36,896 nt of DNA. Source: Vitrella brassicaformis CCMP3155. Taxonomy: Eukaryota; Protista; Chromerida. A program made the translations under genes and the position numbers. The stretch covers positions 1 to 36,896 of the forward strand of contig CDMY01000647.1 in assembly GCA_001179505.1 (NCBI GenBank), in the 5' to 3' direction. Positions 21,229-32,734 of the stretch are shown piece by piece; within the stretch, counting starts at the first letter, position 1; every line of letters starts with the position of its first letter. A model generated the notes under the pieces. That model searched no databases, was not told the DNA's origin, and was given only the letters and a program-made list of their open reading frames with translations.

Positions 21229-23893
21229 CTGCACGTCGAGATTCTCGACTTTGTCGAATGGACCCCTGGTATATACACCCGATTTGACCCTTCACTCAAA
21301 CCGGTTAAAGTTTGCCTAGTGCGGAGAGGCTGCTTACTACCGCCTGACCAGCCCTACAGGGGGAGCCAGTCGCGAATCGACGAATATCCCCCGACACAAT
21401 CCCGAAGGATCTCATATCCCTGCAAGCGTTCGTTTCATGTCGGCTGGGCCGACGGGCTGACGGCACGAAAGGAGTCGAATCAAGTATGACTGAATGATGA
21501 AGAGCATAGCTCTCTTGGCTCTTTCTGTGTCTTTCGCGTCCATTCTATTGAGTGTTCTTTTCTCCGTCATCCTTCTACGCGGACCTTCTCTGCTTTCAAG
21601 ACAAACACTTGTTGCAGCTTGCAAGCGACCCGGAGCGATCGAGGAGTAAGCATGAGGTGAATTCATGCTTTCTGGCATTACTCGTGCGTGCAAGGTCCCA
21701 CTTTGTCTGTCTTCCCCTCCCCCCAGCACAACGAGTCATCAAACGGCTTTCCAACTGCAATATATACTTGTGCCAGTGCAACTGCCATATTGTCTCCTAC
21801 CTATGAACATTGATCCATTGAAGCTTGTCTTTTGAAGCCCCCTCCCCCGTTCAAGGGGGAGGGGGCGACATTGCATTGTCCGGCCGAACATCTGACTTCA
21901 CACGATGTGCATTGACTGCAATCACCCATCAAAAACAGTCGATTCTCGGTTTCTGGACCAGTCCTACCGCTAATGACTGAGTCATAGACTTCATCCGCTC
22001 CCCGCATCTTGCAAAACACAGTCAAATCGTTGTGGCCCTTGCATCCTCCCTTTCACGAGCTACCCGAAAGCTCAGCCCGTGGCCAATCGCGATCACTGGT
22101 TTAGTGTGTACATTCGACTTTGGTGCGACATTTTGCCTTGTGTCCCTTCCCGATCGCCTCCCATTACTCGGGGGCCCCTCCCCCCTCGTAACCGTTCGTC
22201 GAGCCGCGTTCACGGCGAGGCCCATCGAAGAGGATGGCGGCGAGCTTTGGCGGAGCGCGGGGAGTGAACGCCACCACGCGAATCGGCATCGTGTCTTCCT
22301 CCCCCCCCTCTGGTTTTCAATGTGTCGTATTGCGTGTTACCTATTGAGTCACACATGACTGTTTGTTTGATGGATGCAGACGAAAGCTTAACGTGTCTCT
22401 CTTTCGCTACGTGTCTCTATTGTCAACCAGCATATGCACATGATGCAGGTTTGTGTCTGCAGTGACTGGCTTGAGTCGCTGTCTTGTCTGCTTGTGTTTT
22501 GTATGTCTAAGTCTGGCGGAGCCTGGCGAAGCCTGGCGAAGCCTGGCGAGCATTGCTGAGTATTGCCATGTTCTCAAAAGCGTTCGTCACCTCGCCGACC
22601 AGCTTGAGAGCATGATCTTTGCCATCCCAGGCTTCGACCAGCCTGGTACCAGTTTAATCCATGCCTTTCAGCATCGACAGCTCGTTGGCCAGCAAATTGC
22701 TGCTTGCTTCGAAACCATGACGGCCACTTGTGCGGGGCGTCGATAGGCTTCATCGAATGATTATTTGTGATTATTACCTATCTGATCGATATCCTGCGAA
22801 CGCAATACGATAAACCAATCAGCGCAAAGATGACCGTACGTATTGCTCTATACGTCTGTGGCCTACGCAGATGCAGACGCAAGTCGAACGTGCGTTGACG
22901 ATGCGAAATCAACAAGAAATCAATAAAAAACTGAGGTACTCTCTGGATATCTTCCGGCGTATTTTGACGGGCGACTGAGCACATATCCACAAGTTTGTCG
23001 AGCCACAAGTCGCCACACAAGACGACAACGGTTCATGAACCACACGAAAAGGTCTCATTCACTTCTGAGGCAAGACGCCCCCATAACACGCCCCCGCATT
23101 ATGACATGTCCCTTTGCAAAGCTCCACCGATACCAATGCCTGCCGTCCTACCGAAATGCGCTCGTCTTCCTATGCATCATCGTCTGCCTCGAATACCTGC
23201 ACGTCTGCCCTTTAACGCCCCCACCCCCACCCCCCCCCNNNNNNNNNNNNNNNNNNNNNNNNNNNNNNNNNNNNNNNNNNNNNNNNNNNNNNNNNNNNNN
23301 NNNNNNNNNNNNNNNNNNNNNNNNNNNNNNNNNNNNNNNNNNNNNNNNNNNNNNNNNNNNNNNNNNNNNNNNNNNNNNNNNNNNNNNNNNNNNNNNNNNN
23401 NNNNNNNNNNNNNNNNNNNNNNNNNNNNNNNNNNNNNNNNNNNNNNNNNNNNNNNNNNNNNNNNNNNNNNNNNNNNNNNNNNNNNNNNNNNNNNNNNNNN
23501 NNNNNNNNNNNNNNNNNNNNNNNNNNNNNNNNNNNNNNCCCCCACCCCCCCCCACCCCCCATTCAAAGGGGGGGGATTGCAGCGCTCCTCTCGACGAAGC
23601 CTTTGTAATTGCAGCCTTCCTATTCCCAACACTCGCCGCATGCACTCAGCCAACAGAACGACAAACTTGGAACAAAGCAAATTTCCGTGCACCACACGTG
23701 AATTCTGCCGAAACCTCTGCCGTCTCCTCTTGTCCAGCCCTTCTAAAATACTTACTCAACCTCACTCAACCTCAAGGCGACCAAAAATCACTGTCGACAA
23801 ACTGTGTATATTTGTTGCCCGCCATTTTCCTATGCTCTCCGTCTCAAGCCGATCGCCTCCCATTACTCGGGGGCCCCTCCCCCCTCGTAACAG

Positions 23894-25000
23894 TTCGTCG
23901 ACACATTCGCGTGGGGTCCCATTAAGAGGATTGGCAGTACGTATGGTGGGTGGTATGTCTGCACCGCGGCCATTCGCGCCCTCTCGCGCCCCAATTGTCG
24001 CCCCCCTTAGTTGTGTATAGCGCTGGGCTCGGTGTGTTGAAGTTGCTGTGTGCCGAATACACACCGTGGTCAGAAGGATCAATCTCTGCCGTACAGGCCT
24101 TCACGCAAGGCAAGCAACGCACGAGTCCATCATGGGCATGGCCAGCCCGCCAAGCAACACACGCACGAGAGCTGCCAACGCTCACCGAAGATGCACGAAA
24201 TAGAGAGACAGGTCTGCAAGCTAAGCAAGCACAAACCCTGCTATCAAAACCCAACACGGTGAGCATAAACCGGTTTCGGCACATCGGTGGAATGAAGATT
24301 GTGTGCAGGTGAGGATACCACATTTGATGAGGGGATACTTCAGCGATTCAACAATTCTGAAGTCTACGGATTTGATCCGACGCCAAGGTCTCATGCCCTT
24401 AGTTGGGCTCACACTGCGCTCCACGTAAATCTCTCTATCAGGTCTCAGGATCATGTTCAGAGACGTGTCGGAGATGGTGGTCTTCCCTCGGACCGCTTTC
24501 ATTTCTTCCCGGTCGGACTGGGCGCGCGCTGAGACTGGCCTGATGAAGTTTATGCTGCCAGCGAATCCGTCGTATGTGTCCCTCATGCCGAAGAAGGGAG
24601 CCATCCAAGGGCTTAAGGGAGCTAAGGATCCCAAGAGAGAGGTCGCCGTTTCCCTTTTGGATTTAAAGTCAATTGTTCGTATGTGTGGGCAGATATTTTG
24701 AAGCTCGACATCGAGGGAAGTGAATTCCCTCTTCTCCAAAAGTTGCTTGAACAAAGACATGGCATTCTCACATCTACGACTCAGCTATTGGTTGAATGAC
24801 ATCATAGGTCAGACGGCAGAAGACTCTTCAGGTTCACATGATTCAGTCGATGTGTCATAGGCTTCACGAGGAGGGACCTTTCAGTTGTTGGAGAGACTCG
24901 AAATGGAAATAGGATTCAAACTAATCCACACGACACAAAAGTATTGGGATTATCAATCGCTAGCCTTACATGATGCACTGTCTCATGCCAATGAGTACAG
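23894..25000 (+). pseudogene. FkbM/Methyltransf_22-type SAM methyltransferase pseudogene
   Basis: Motifs RIGSTYGGW, VVYSAGLG|EDTTFD (intron 24032-24308), FDPTPR, FFPVGLG, ILKLDIEGSE, QLLVE*HHR. Frameshifts near 24001-24006, 24523-24528 and 24690; TGA at 24797-24799. Confidence 0.85.
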
Positions 25001-26593
25001 GTTCCTCTGGGCTGTGTAAGTCAGATGGAGTAGGCGATATACAGCAGCGTACACGTCAAGCGTGAATGCTCACTCGCTATTATGGCTTCAATATATTATG
25101 GAGGACCACTTGCAAGTTGTCGGGGAATGCGAACAATGGCCGAAGCAGCACACAACCACTACATGCACACACAACGAGCAGAGAGTCCCAACTTTTCAGT
25201 CGGGACAAATTGTGTTTCTTCCCGATGAGGCCACCAATGCATTAGTGTCCTTACACTGTGATCGAGAAAATGACGTCTCATTATCGTGTCGTCCGTCTCC
25301 GGCATAGTTCAATAAGGGACAACTATTCCGTGCTGTCACGGGGAAGTATGGAACAATGAGAAGCTATATTGTGTCTCTTTTTTTCTGGCTTTTTTGCCGT
25401 CCCCCCGTGCTCTTGAGCCGTCCAGGTATGAAGCGGTGTTGCCGCTCACAGACGCCACAGAGACCGCTGCGCCATTGTTGGCGGTGCAGCTGCCAAGGAA
25501 TCCGTAGGAGCTTACTTACTGTGACAGCGAGTTGGATCATGTGAGTGTAAAGTGCATGTGCACAACATCGGAAGCTGTGTCTCGCTGCATCCTTCTGTAG
25601 GGGTCTGTCCGGAGAAAGACAGATCGTGCACAAGTACGAGAAGCACAAACTGGCGCGACAGGTGAACGCCATCGTTTGTGCCCGTCCCTGGTCGGACACG
25701 ATGGACAGTCCCTCTGTCTCTCCATCCCCCGTCATCTGTATACATACAGTCAGACCGCGCAAGTGGGGCAGTACAAGGCTGACCCACTCATGCAACTGAC
25801 CCGCTTGTGCGCTCTACCGAGGTGACCACTTAATTTCTTTTTTTGACTAGCTCAAGTTACTAAGACGGTGAAACACAGTATATTCTCTCACTCATTCAAT
25901 CAGTCCTTGGACGGCTGTGAGAGCCCTTGGATGTCTCCGAATCTTTGATTCATCGTTCGTCTCCACATACGCCACTCAAAGTGATGCGATTTGACCACTT
26001 TAGCAGGAAGAATCGTCGTCAGAGACATGGAATAGGCGTCATCAATATGGTGTCCGAACGGGTACCATCACTGCATGCACATCTGGAGACACGGCACTAA
26101 ACTATCTGCATACACAGAGGCCAGATTGGTTTCCGAAGGTCCCTCGTGAGAGGATTGCCTCCTGAGCCCCTTCAAGAGAATGGATCTCGTACAACACCTC
26201 CTCCTTCAGAGCAACCACGCGGCGGCAGCTTTAGCCGCTGCTGCCTAGGGTCAACGTGCAGGAGCTCACTCAATGCATACATCCATGTCTCGGCATCCAT
26301 TGCCAACACTCTCACTGGGGAAAATGTTCGAGAACTCAGATGAGTCCCTGGCAAGCGCTCAGGATACACAGAAAGCTTTTACCCGTCGTCTTTTGCATGA
26401 GGCTGGCCGGGCTTGGCGGCCAACGGAAGGGTAGTAGAAGGCACATAGCGGTTTAAGCTCTTCCATCCTGACGCGCACGGAGTTCTTCTCATATTACAGG
26501 CAGCAGGTCCTGGACCATGTGCGGACACACTCACAAAAAGCAATTTCGATGGACTGAGACTCTCTCGTATCTCATGTCTGCATCTTTCTACAG

Positions 26594-27540
26594 GACGATG
26601 ATACAGAAAAGTCCAATTTGGCTGTACAGGAGGTTCCTGCTGCAGGTATCGCAGAAAGCACTTGCGCACCAGAGGTGATAGGCTTGACACAGTCCAATTT
26701 GGCCGCGAGTGTTCCGCCTCTGCTGTACAGGAAGTTCCACTTGCAGGTATCGCAGGAAGTACTTGTGCCAGGGATCTTACTCGCGTGCTCGTGTTGGCAA
26801 ATCTATCCTTTGTGCAGTACCACAGGCGATTCTTTGACCAAGTGCCGATGTTCAGGTCCAAATTGAAGAAAACGTGACAGTTGATCTCTGATCACTGATT
26901 TCATGTGTTGTTGTTGCAGGGATCAGCCGGATCATTTCCCGTCTTTGGTTGTGAGCCATCTCGTGTGTCGCGTCTACATGCCAGCAGACTACATTTGTGT
27001 CAAGGTGAACACAGACAGAAACACGAGTGCGCGCACATGTTTCTGTCTGTCCCTTTCCAGGGCGATTATGGGGACGAGATGTACTTCATCGAGGTGAACA
27101 TTCTTCGTTGGTATATCCTCCAGCTCATCACTCTCCCCTTTTGTCTTTCGTTCTGTTTTCAGGAGGGGAAAGTACTGATCTACTCGGCAGATGAAAGCAG
27201 CATCCTTCACGTACGCACCCAGCACGGCATACAAAACAGACGCCTGCATTTTCATTTTAAAAGCATACCTCCATTTAGTCACTCGGTCCTGGCGATTTCC
27301 TCGGCGAGCTGTCATTGATGAGGGGACAGATGAGGAGCTGCAGCGTACAGGTACAAAGCCGTCCTACCCGTGCTCTGTGCCCTTCTACGTGCCGTCCCTT
27401 CGATGTCTCAGGCTGATTCGTTCTGTCTCGTGCTCGGCCTCAAAAAGCAGCACCTAGATCGGATCCTGCAAGCATTTCGAAACTTGCATCAGAGCTACAC
27501 AGTGTTGCTGGTGAACAAGCAGAAGTACACTCAGACGATG
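26594..27540 (+). CDS. C-linker plus cyclic-nucleotide-binding domain of a CNG/EAG-type channel-like gene (multi-exon; gene probably extends from ~25400 to ~28000)
   Basis: Spliced reading VPPLLYRKFHLQ|YHRRFFDQVPMFR|DQPDHF...YMPADYICVK|GDYGDEMYFIE|EGKV...GPGDFLGELSLMRGQMRSCSVQ|ADSFCLVLGL. The upstream TM exons were not resolved and the gene may be degenerate. Confidence 0.75.
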
Positions 27541-28299
27541 TGCTATTCACCATTCTGTGCTGTGTGTTCAGACGCACGTCAAATCATCATAGATGCATTG
27601 CAGAAGGTCCATAGAACTCTGTGTCTCGCAGATGCTCGTAAGGGACAAACAAATGTGCACTGCCAAGAAACACAAACAAATGCGCAAGCGGCTTGCGTGT
27701 TGGGCTTTTCTAGAACTTCGATTGCCTGTCCAAGAAAGGTTCTCACTCGACCCATTCTTGGGCCTTCGTGAGTGTGTGTGTTAATGTGATTGCAGGTGAG
27801 TTTGGTGGCCAAGTACCACAGCCGACAACCGGTGAAAAGATGATATGCTGACGCCCTTTCCGAAGGTTTTGCCGTTGCTTAGTCAGTGTCTGCTCTCTTG
27901 TGTACATCTATTTGTGATATGTATCGCACTTATACGCATGTGTCACCCTTTTGACGGTCATGTCTTCCAACAATCTCTCGGTCTGAGGAAGACGGAAGTG
28001 ATGTGGTCTGAGGAAGACGGAAGTGACCGAAGAAAAAAGGGAACAGATGAGGTCCAGACGCCGGAAGGAGAACTCGTGTGGAAAACACCATAGCCGCGAA
28101 ACCCAATTGCACAATTTATAAATGTGGGGGAAGATCAAAGTGATACGTCACCACTACCTCTGAACAGAACTTTCGAAGAGGAGACCGTGCTTACACAGGC
28201 GGCACGAACAACTTAAACAAGCTATGGATGATGTATTTGGTGAAGGTCTCACCCAGCTGTATATGTACATAACAATACGCACATAACAAGCAAAGAGTA

Positions 28300-28990
28300 C
28301 TAGGCAAGACACTTGTCCCTCGGCTCTTCAGTCAGCACAACACCTCGGCGAAAGCGATTCTTCGCACAAAACCTCGGCGAAAGCGATTCTTCTTCCTTCG
28401 ACTCAAGAAGCCACAAGTTGTCCTTTTGTAGTCGTTTCTTCTTCGCATCACGCCCGATCATCCAATTAGCCTGGACAAGCACAACCTCCTGGCGTTCGGA
28501 TGGTGTCAAAAGTTCAGAGCGACGAGACTGGGCAACTTTGAGAAACGCGCGTCCTGGAGGGAATAGCTTCTGAGGAAGCACCTCTATCGTGAGCCTCCGC
28601 CGCATGCCTTTCACCGCGAGATTAAGCCCTTTCTGGAGAGAATCCAGTGGAGGGCTGTAAACTACGCTGTGCAGCCCCCTGTACTCAAAGTTTCGCCGCA
28701 TGTCTCTCAGCGCGCGATTCAACCCTTCCTGGAGAGGCGAAGTTGGAAAAGAAAGTACTTGAAAAGTGAGCCTGACATGCTTATACCTGATCACCATTGT
28801 CCTCACTTTGCATTTGCCTTTCCCATTCGTTTAGGAGCATGAAAGACTCAGCCACAGGAGAATATTGAAAGCAACCGCAATAACAGTGCTTACCGCAATA
28901 TGTGAGGGATACGTTCTAATGTGCAAAGGCAATCTGTGAAGAGGGAGTTGGCGCTGCTTTTCGCCTGTTGCCCTGAGGGTTATCCACCTG
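28300..28990 (-). pseudogene. 5'-truncated GT77-like paralog of 8596-9897
   Basis: LPQKLFPPG...VQANWMIGRDAKK..LWLL and CGCFQYSPVAESFMLLNEWERQM align to the first copy. No DxD exon is seen upstream. It carries a 96-bp and a ~29-bp internal duplication. Confidence 0.8.
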
Positions 28991-29408
28991 AATGGATTGA
29001 AAAGGAAGACTGATGCAAAGGAATCTGTTGAGGAAACGATGTGTCGGCCCGCAGATGGATAACCTCGGCTATAGCCTGATTGGTTTCTCAACAGAATCAA
29101 TGCACACGACAGCTCAGATCAGTTCTTGCTCTAAGCTGAAAGCTGAGCTGGGTGGTTATATACAGCCCCGATTTCAGTTTTGCGGCCACGACAACCCAAC
29201 TTTCTTTCTAGGGGGTCTTTTCAAGATCTGCTTTGTGATGGTTGTGGAGGGGGTCACTGCGAGGAACGAGCTTGCTTCGAGCCTGAAATCCGCTTACGCC
29301 GTGAAAAACGGCGGCAAAAACACCCGGAAAGTCGGTTCCTGGCTGTTTTCTCTCGGGTTTCTGGTGCGTTCGGCGCGCAAGTCTGTGGAGCTGTGGTGTG
29401 TTTTCTTT

Positions 29409-29533
29409 TTGTTGTTGTTGGTGGTGGTGGTGGTGGTGGTGTTGGTGGTGGTGGTGTTGGTGGTGGTGGTGGTGTTGGTGGTGTTGGTGGTGTTGGTGGT
29501 GTTGGTGTTGTTGGTGTTGTTGTTGTTGTTGGT
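29409..29533. repeat. (GGT/GTT)n microsatellite
   Basis: Compound trinucleotide run that produces spurious poly-V/G/P/W ORFs. Confidence 0.95.
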
Positions 29534-29559
29534 GTTTTCTTTTTTTCCGTCAAGGATGC

Positions 29560-30900
29560 CATGATCCGGTCTGGCGGAGCTGTGGTGTCTCTTGCGTCAT
29601 GTCTCGCTGCCACCAAGTCCCTTTCTTCCTTGCGTGTAGTGTACATGCGCGGTTCGACGGCCTCATGCGCAAGGCCGGCGAACTGAGAGTCACGGTGGGA
29701 GACAAGAGGCGCATGCCGGCGCCTATTGATACCCGGTAAGACAGAATTTCCTCGTGCCAGGGAGACCCAATCAAAGATGCGTCTTGCTTGGGGGGCCAGG
29801 TGGGCGCGTGGTATGTCATTGACTGTTTCCTATGGGTGTGGACCAATCGAGATGTGCTCCGATCCAGGGCGCATGAGGAGGCATTCAGCACTCCCAAGGC
29901 TCGCGGCAGGCGCACATGGAAGAACCCAACCGCTGAAAGGCTGCAGCAGCATCTGTCAGACCCTCTGTTCTGGGTCTACATCCACATCTGCGTACGACTC
30001 TTTGAGGTCTTCCACCTTCTGCTGTCCTGGGCCGAGGGCTGCAGCTGTCATCATGGCTCATCCTGCCAGTGGGCGGTAAGCGTATATGATGGGAGATCCA
30101 GATAGGCCCTGACCCCTGCATACCTGCTTTGTCGGCGTGGTCAGGGTCGTCGTCTTGGTGACTTGGCGCGAGTCTCCTTTCACAGCAACTTGAACAGCGT
30201 GTTGGAGAAGGCCGAAAATGACGAGACCGTATGGAGACACATCAGAGAAGCGACCGATTCCTCGAATGCGACACTCAGCTTCCAGCAGCTTTGCCAGGAT
30301 GTGGCCGCCATTCACGTCCGGATCGCCTCGACAACTGCACAGCGGCTGGCGTACTATTCCGACTGGCCCCGAACGCCCTTCAGGGCAGCTGTCGTCGTGC
30401 TCCCCTACATGCAGAACCCCGAGGAGCGTCAGAAACAGGACACCGGATTCCGCGAGAGGACGGACCACCACTTTCGCAGACACTTCGAGAAGGAGCAGGC
30501 AGAGATGGTTAAGGAGGCCTACAGCTCCGCCAAGAGGCTGTTCATGCAGACCATCGGCGGCAGGCGCCTGTTCAAGGACCAGCTGGGGGAGAGCAGGGCC
30601 ACAGCAGAACTTCTCGCATCCTGAGAGGGCATGGGGCAAGACTCTCCTGGAGTACGCCAAGTCAGACAAGGAGTTGCCGGCTCTGGGAGACTCTGGGATG
30701 CGGCTGTAGAAAGGTGACTGGCCATCCGATGGAGTCCGAGCATGCCGTTCTTCACCGGATCCACAACAAGCAGGGAGCCGCTGCCTGGCAGGCCTCCCTC
30801 GGCTTCACATCGGGAGTTGCGTATGAGCCGGCATGGCATGCTGCCGCAAGACGCATTTGTGAAGCACTGGCATAGGGTGAGACACCATTTTGTAATGAAG
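29560..30900 (+). mobile_element. Degenerate hAT-like DDE transposase
   Basis: CSVH (CxxH), PAPIDTR|W across a GT-AG intron starting at 29736, WAEGCSCH, GQGRRLGDLA, RLAYYSDWP and PMESEHAVLHR (candidate catalytic Glu, 30732-30740). Disrupted by stops (e.g. TAG 30103-30105) and frameshifts. Confidence 0.55.
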
Positions 30901-32067
30901 ATACCGAGATACTTACACGGTCTTCCTCTGTTCTGTGATCATCAGGCGTCTCACTTCGAGCGGGAAGTGCCAGATGAGCTCCTCTACAACCTGCCAGGAG
31001 GCACAGCAGGCAAGACGCGTCAGGCTTCAGCGTGTCTCCCGCCATCTGCGCATCCGGCCCCCTCGCTTACCGACCAATACCACACAAAGGCATCCAAGCT
31101 GCAGAAGATGCTTCCCACTCTAGTGCCAACAAACCATGTCCTTGTCACGCCAACCCGTGAGTACTACTACGTGGCGGAGAACGAGCACATGCGTGTGATG
31201 GCCATGACCTGTGGGGCGGACGCCGATCTCATGGTCCTGCCGCTGCAGATTGAGTCTGATGCGGAGGAGGGGGCGAGTGCCGAGGGACTGCTTCAGCTGT
31301 GGATTGCTCCACACTACAACGGCAACCAGACGGTGTGGTTGCAGAAATTCTCATTTCCCAGCGAGGCCGAAGATGTCCTCAACTCATATCTGCTACTCGA
31401 CGCCAGCGCCGATCCGAGCTTCGGCCGATTTCTCCTTTCAATCGACCTCAACACGGTTGAGGGAATCATGGAGAGGGCGATAAAGGAGGTGGCGGGAGGA
31501 CCTCGTGATGCAGACACGGGGCGCCTGCAGCACCCCCCCACGAAGGAGCACCTCCAGCTGTTCCTGAGATACCAGCGTGTGAAGGTGCCGAAGGGCGACC
31601 CGCCCACCGAGTACCTTGTCTTGTTGTTCGATGGAAAGCGGGATGAGGCCCAGCAAGTGTGGGAGGCGCATCAGAAGAGGCAGCAGCGGAAGAGGAAAGC
31701 CGACACGATGACCTCCGCACCACAGAACCCATCCAGCTCCCCGCCTGAGGAGCCCACTGCCACCTGCAGTGCTGGCCCACCGGAGGAGCCCGCTGCTCCC
31801 TGCTGTGCTTGCCCACCTCCTTCCCTCTCTCATCCTGAACCTCTCGTCCGGCCTGCCAAGGAGCCCGTGGCGAAAGAGAGGCTGGCGCCATGCAGGGGGG
31901 GAACAGCAGGAAAGCCCTGTTCAAGAGGATATCGGAGCACTTTGCTTGTGCTCCCGTCAATGAATCTCTTCTCTCAAGCGGGTTCCGCAAGAAGATGCAT
32001 CTGTGGGCGTGGGAAGCGAGGGACTTCCAGCCGCCCTTGGAGACATGATCGCGACCCCACTACATGA
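30742..32067 (+). CDS. Unknown ORF continuing the transposase region, with a HeH/SAP-like motif and a basic NLS-like patch
   Basis: 441-aa open frame. PTKEHLQLFLRYQRVKVPKGDPPTEYLVLL (31537-31626) resembles helix-extended-helix motifs, followed by KRQQRKRK. Confidence 0.45.
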   Translation: MPFFTGSTTSREPLPGRPPSASHRELRMSRHGMLPQDAFVKHWHRVRHHFVMKIPRYLHGLPLFCDHQASHFEREVPDELLYNLPGGTAGKTRQASACLPPSAHPAPSLTDQYHTKASKLQKMLPTLVPTNHVLVTPTREYYYVAENEHMRVMAMTCGADADLMVLPLQIESDAEEGASAEGLLQLWIAPHYNGNQTVWLQKFSFPSEAEDVLNSYLLLDASADPSFGRFLLSIDLNTVEGIMERAIKEVAGGPRDADTGRLQHPPTKEHLQLFLRYQRVKVPKGDPPTEYLVLLFDGKRDEAQQVWEAHQKRQQRKRKADTMTSAPQNPSSSPPEEPTATCSAGPPEEPAAPCCACPPPSLSHPEPLVRPAKEPVAKERLAPCRGGTAGKPCSRGYRSTLLVLPSMNLFSQAGSARRCICGRGKRGTSSRPWRHDRDPTT

Positions 32068-32167
32068 GTGGACGGCTGGAGGGTTCTCGCTGCCACTTCC
32101 TCTCTTCTCCCGAGAGGTGCTTCTTGCCCACTACGAGTCTGATTGTCGCATCAGCTCGGGAAAGGAT

Positions 32168-32620
32168 GGGCTGTACTTCGAGAGACAGAAGTCTGAGCTC
32201 TGTGGCATGTCAGCCCTCAATCACATCAAGGGAGAGCATGCCTTTGATGTGCCTCGACTGCAACTGCTTGCCGACACGCAGGCTCGAGACACGACCCGCT
32301 CAACTAGCCTGACCCATTCGAGGAAAGAGTTCTTCGATCCCGCAACTGGTATCGATGTGGACCTCATGGTGCGGGCAACGCAATCCGAGGGGGCCTCGTG
32401 TGAGAGACTGCGAGGGGATGATCGGGAGAGATTGCGTGACGACCTCTGTGCGGCGCTCAGCGATCGACAGTGTCATGGCATCCTCTTGGTTCAGAATCGC
32501 GAGACGCCAGAGGCCGCCGCTGCTGCTTCATCTGCCCAGACAGCCGTCGAGCGGGGCCGGCATTGGGTGGCACTCTGTCGGGACTCTAAGGGTCGGTGGT
32601 GGAGGGATTCGCTTGGGTGC
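32168..32620 (+). CDS. Josephin (ataxin-3-like) cysteine protease domain
   Basis: YFERQKSELCGMSALN has the Q/C spacing of ataxin-3 (Cys 32201), RHWVAL (His 32561) and WWRDSL (Asp 32606). It lies in ORF 32003-32785. Confidence 0.82.
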
Positions 32621-32734
32621 GGCATCATCCAAGCGAGGAGGCTTTTTTCCTCCTCACAGATCCTACATACGGGATCGGCCCCATCCAGGGAGGCACACAG
32701 GCTAGACCTTCGACTCTCAGTATGCGATAGCCCT

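Larger units (their letters stand above)
1828..23538. other. Five 300-N assembly gaps: 1828-2127, 2719-3018, 10147-10446, 16397-16696, 23239-23538
   Basis: Each run is exactly 300 N, so these are placeholders and not true lengths. Confidence 0.98.

Noticed and set aside
21837-21866. Helitron 3' terminus or rho-independent terminator
   Set aside because: No CTRR follows the hairpin at the expected distance on either strand, and there is no U-tract or bacterial context.
10043-22975. Shared 14-mer TTTTGACGGGCGAC upstream of both poly-C gaps, and 13-mers such as CTTGGCGATGAAG (1165, 35103)
   Set aside because: A few 13-14-nt matches are expected by chance in 37 kb.
1565-23925. Long ORFs containing X runs (1565-2216, 2569-3252, 9932-10813, 16316-16840, 22995-24020)
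   Set aside because: They are open only because they cross 300-N placeholders. Pol staying in frame across 16397-16696 is also coincidental; by comparison with typical gypsy Pol, roughly 1 kb is probably missing.
24679-24692. 14-nt GT-AG micro-intron that would repair the methyltransferase frame
   Set aside because: It is far shorter than other introns here (about 40 nt or more) and would delete the expected M.GH..ID segment; three other lesions remain anyway.
17074-24799. Alternative genetic code (UGA or UAG as Trp)
   Set aside because: Well-supported genes here end at TGA (gag 14177-14179, GT77 8596-8598) and TAG (NOG1, integrase), and TGG is used for Trp throughout.
7744-29115. Shared 17-mer AATGCACACGACAGCTC (~7744 and ~29099)
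   Set aside because: It is an isolated match with no convincing flanking alignment, so it cannot support a feature.
29013-29739. Poly-Val, poly-Gly, poly-Pro/Thr and poly-Trp/Cys ORFs
   Set aside because: These are translations of the (GGT/GTT)n microsatellite in different frames.
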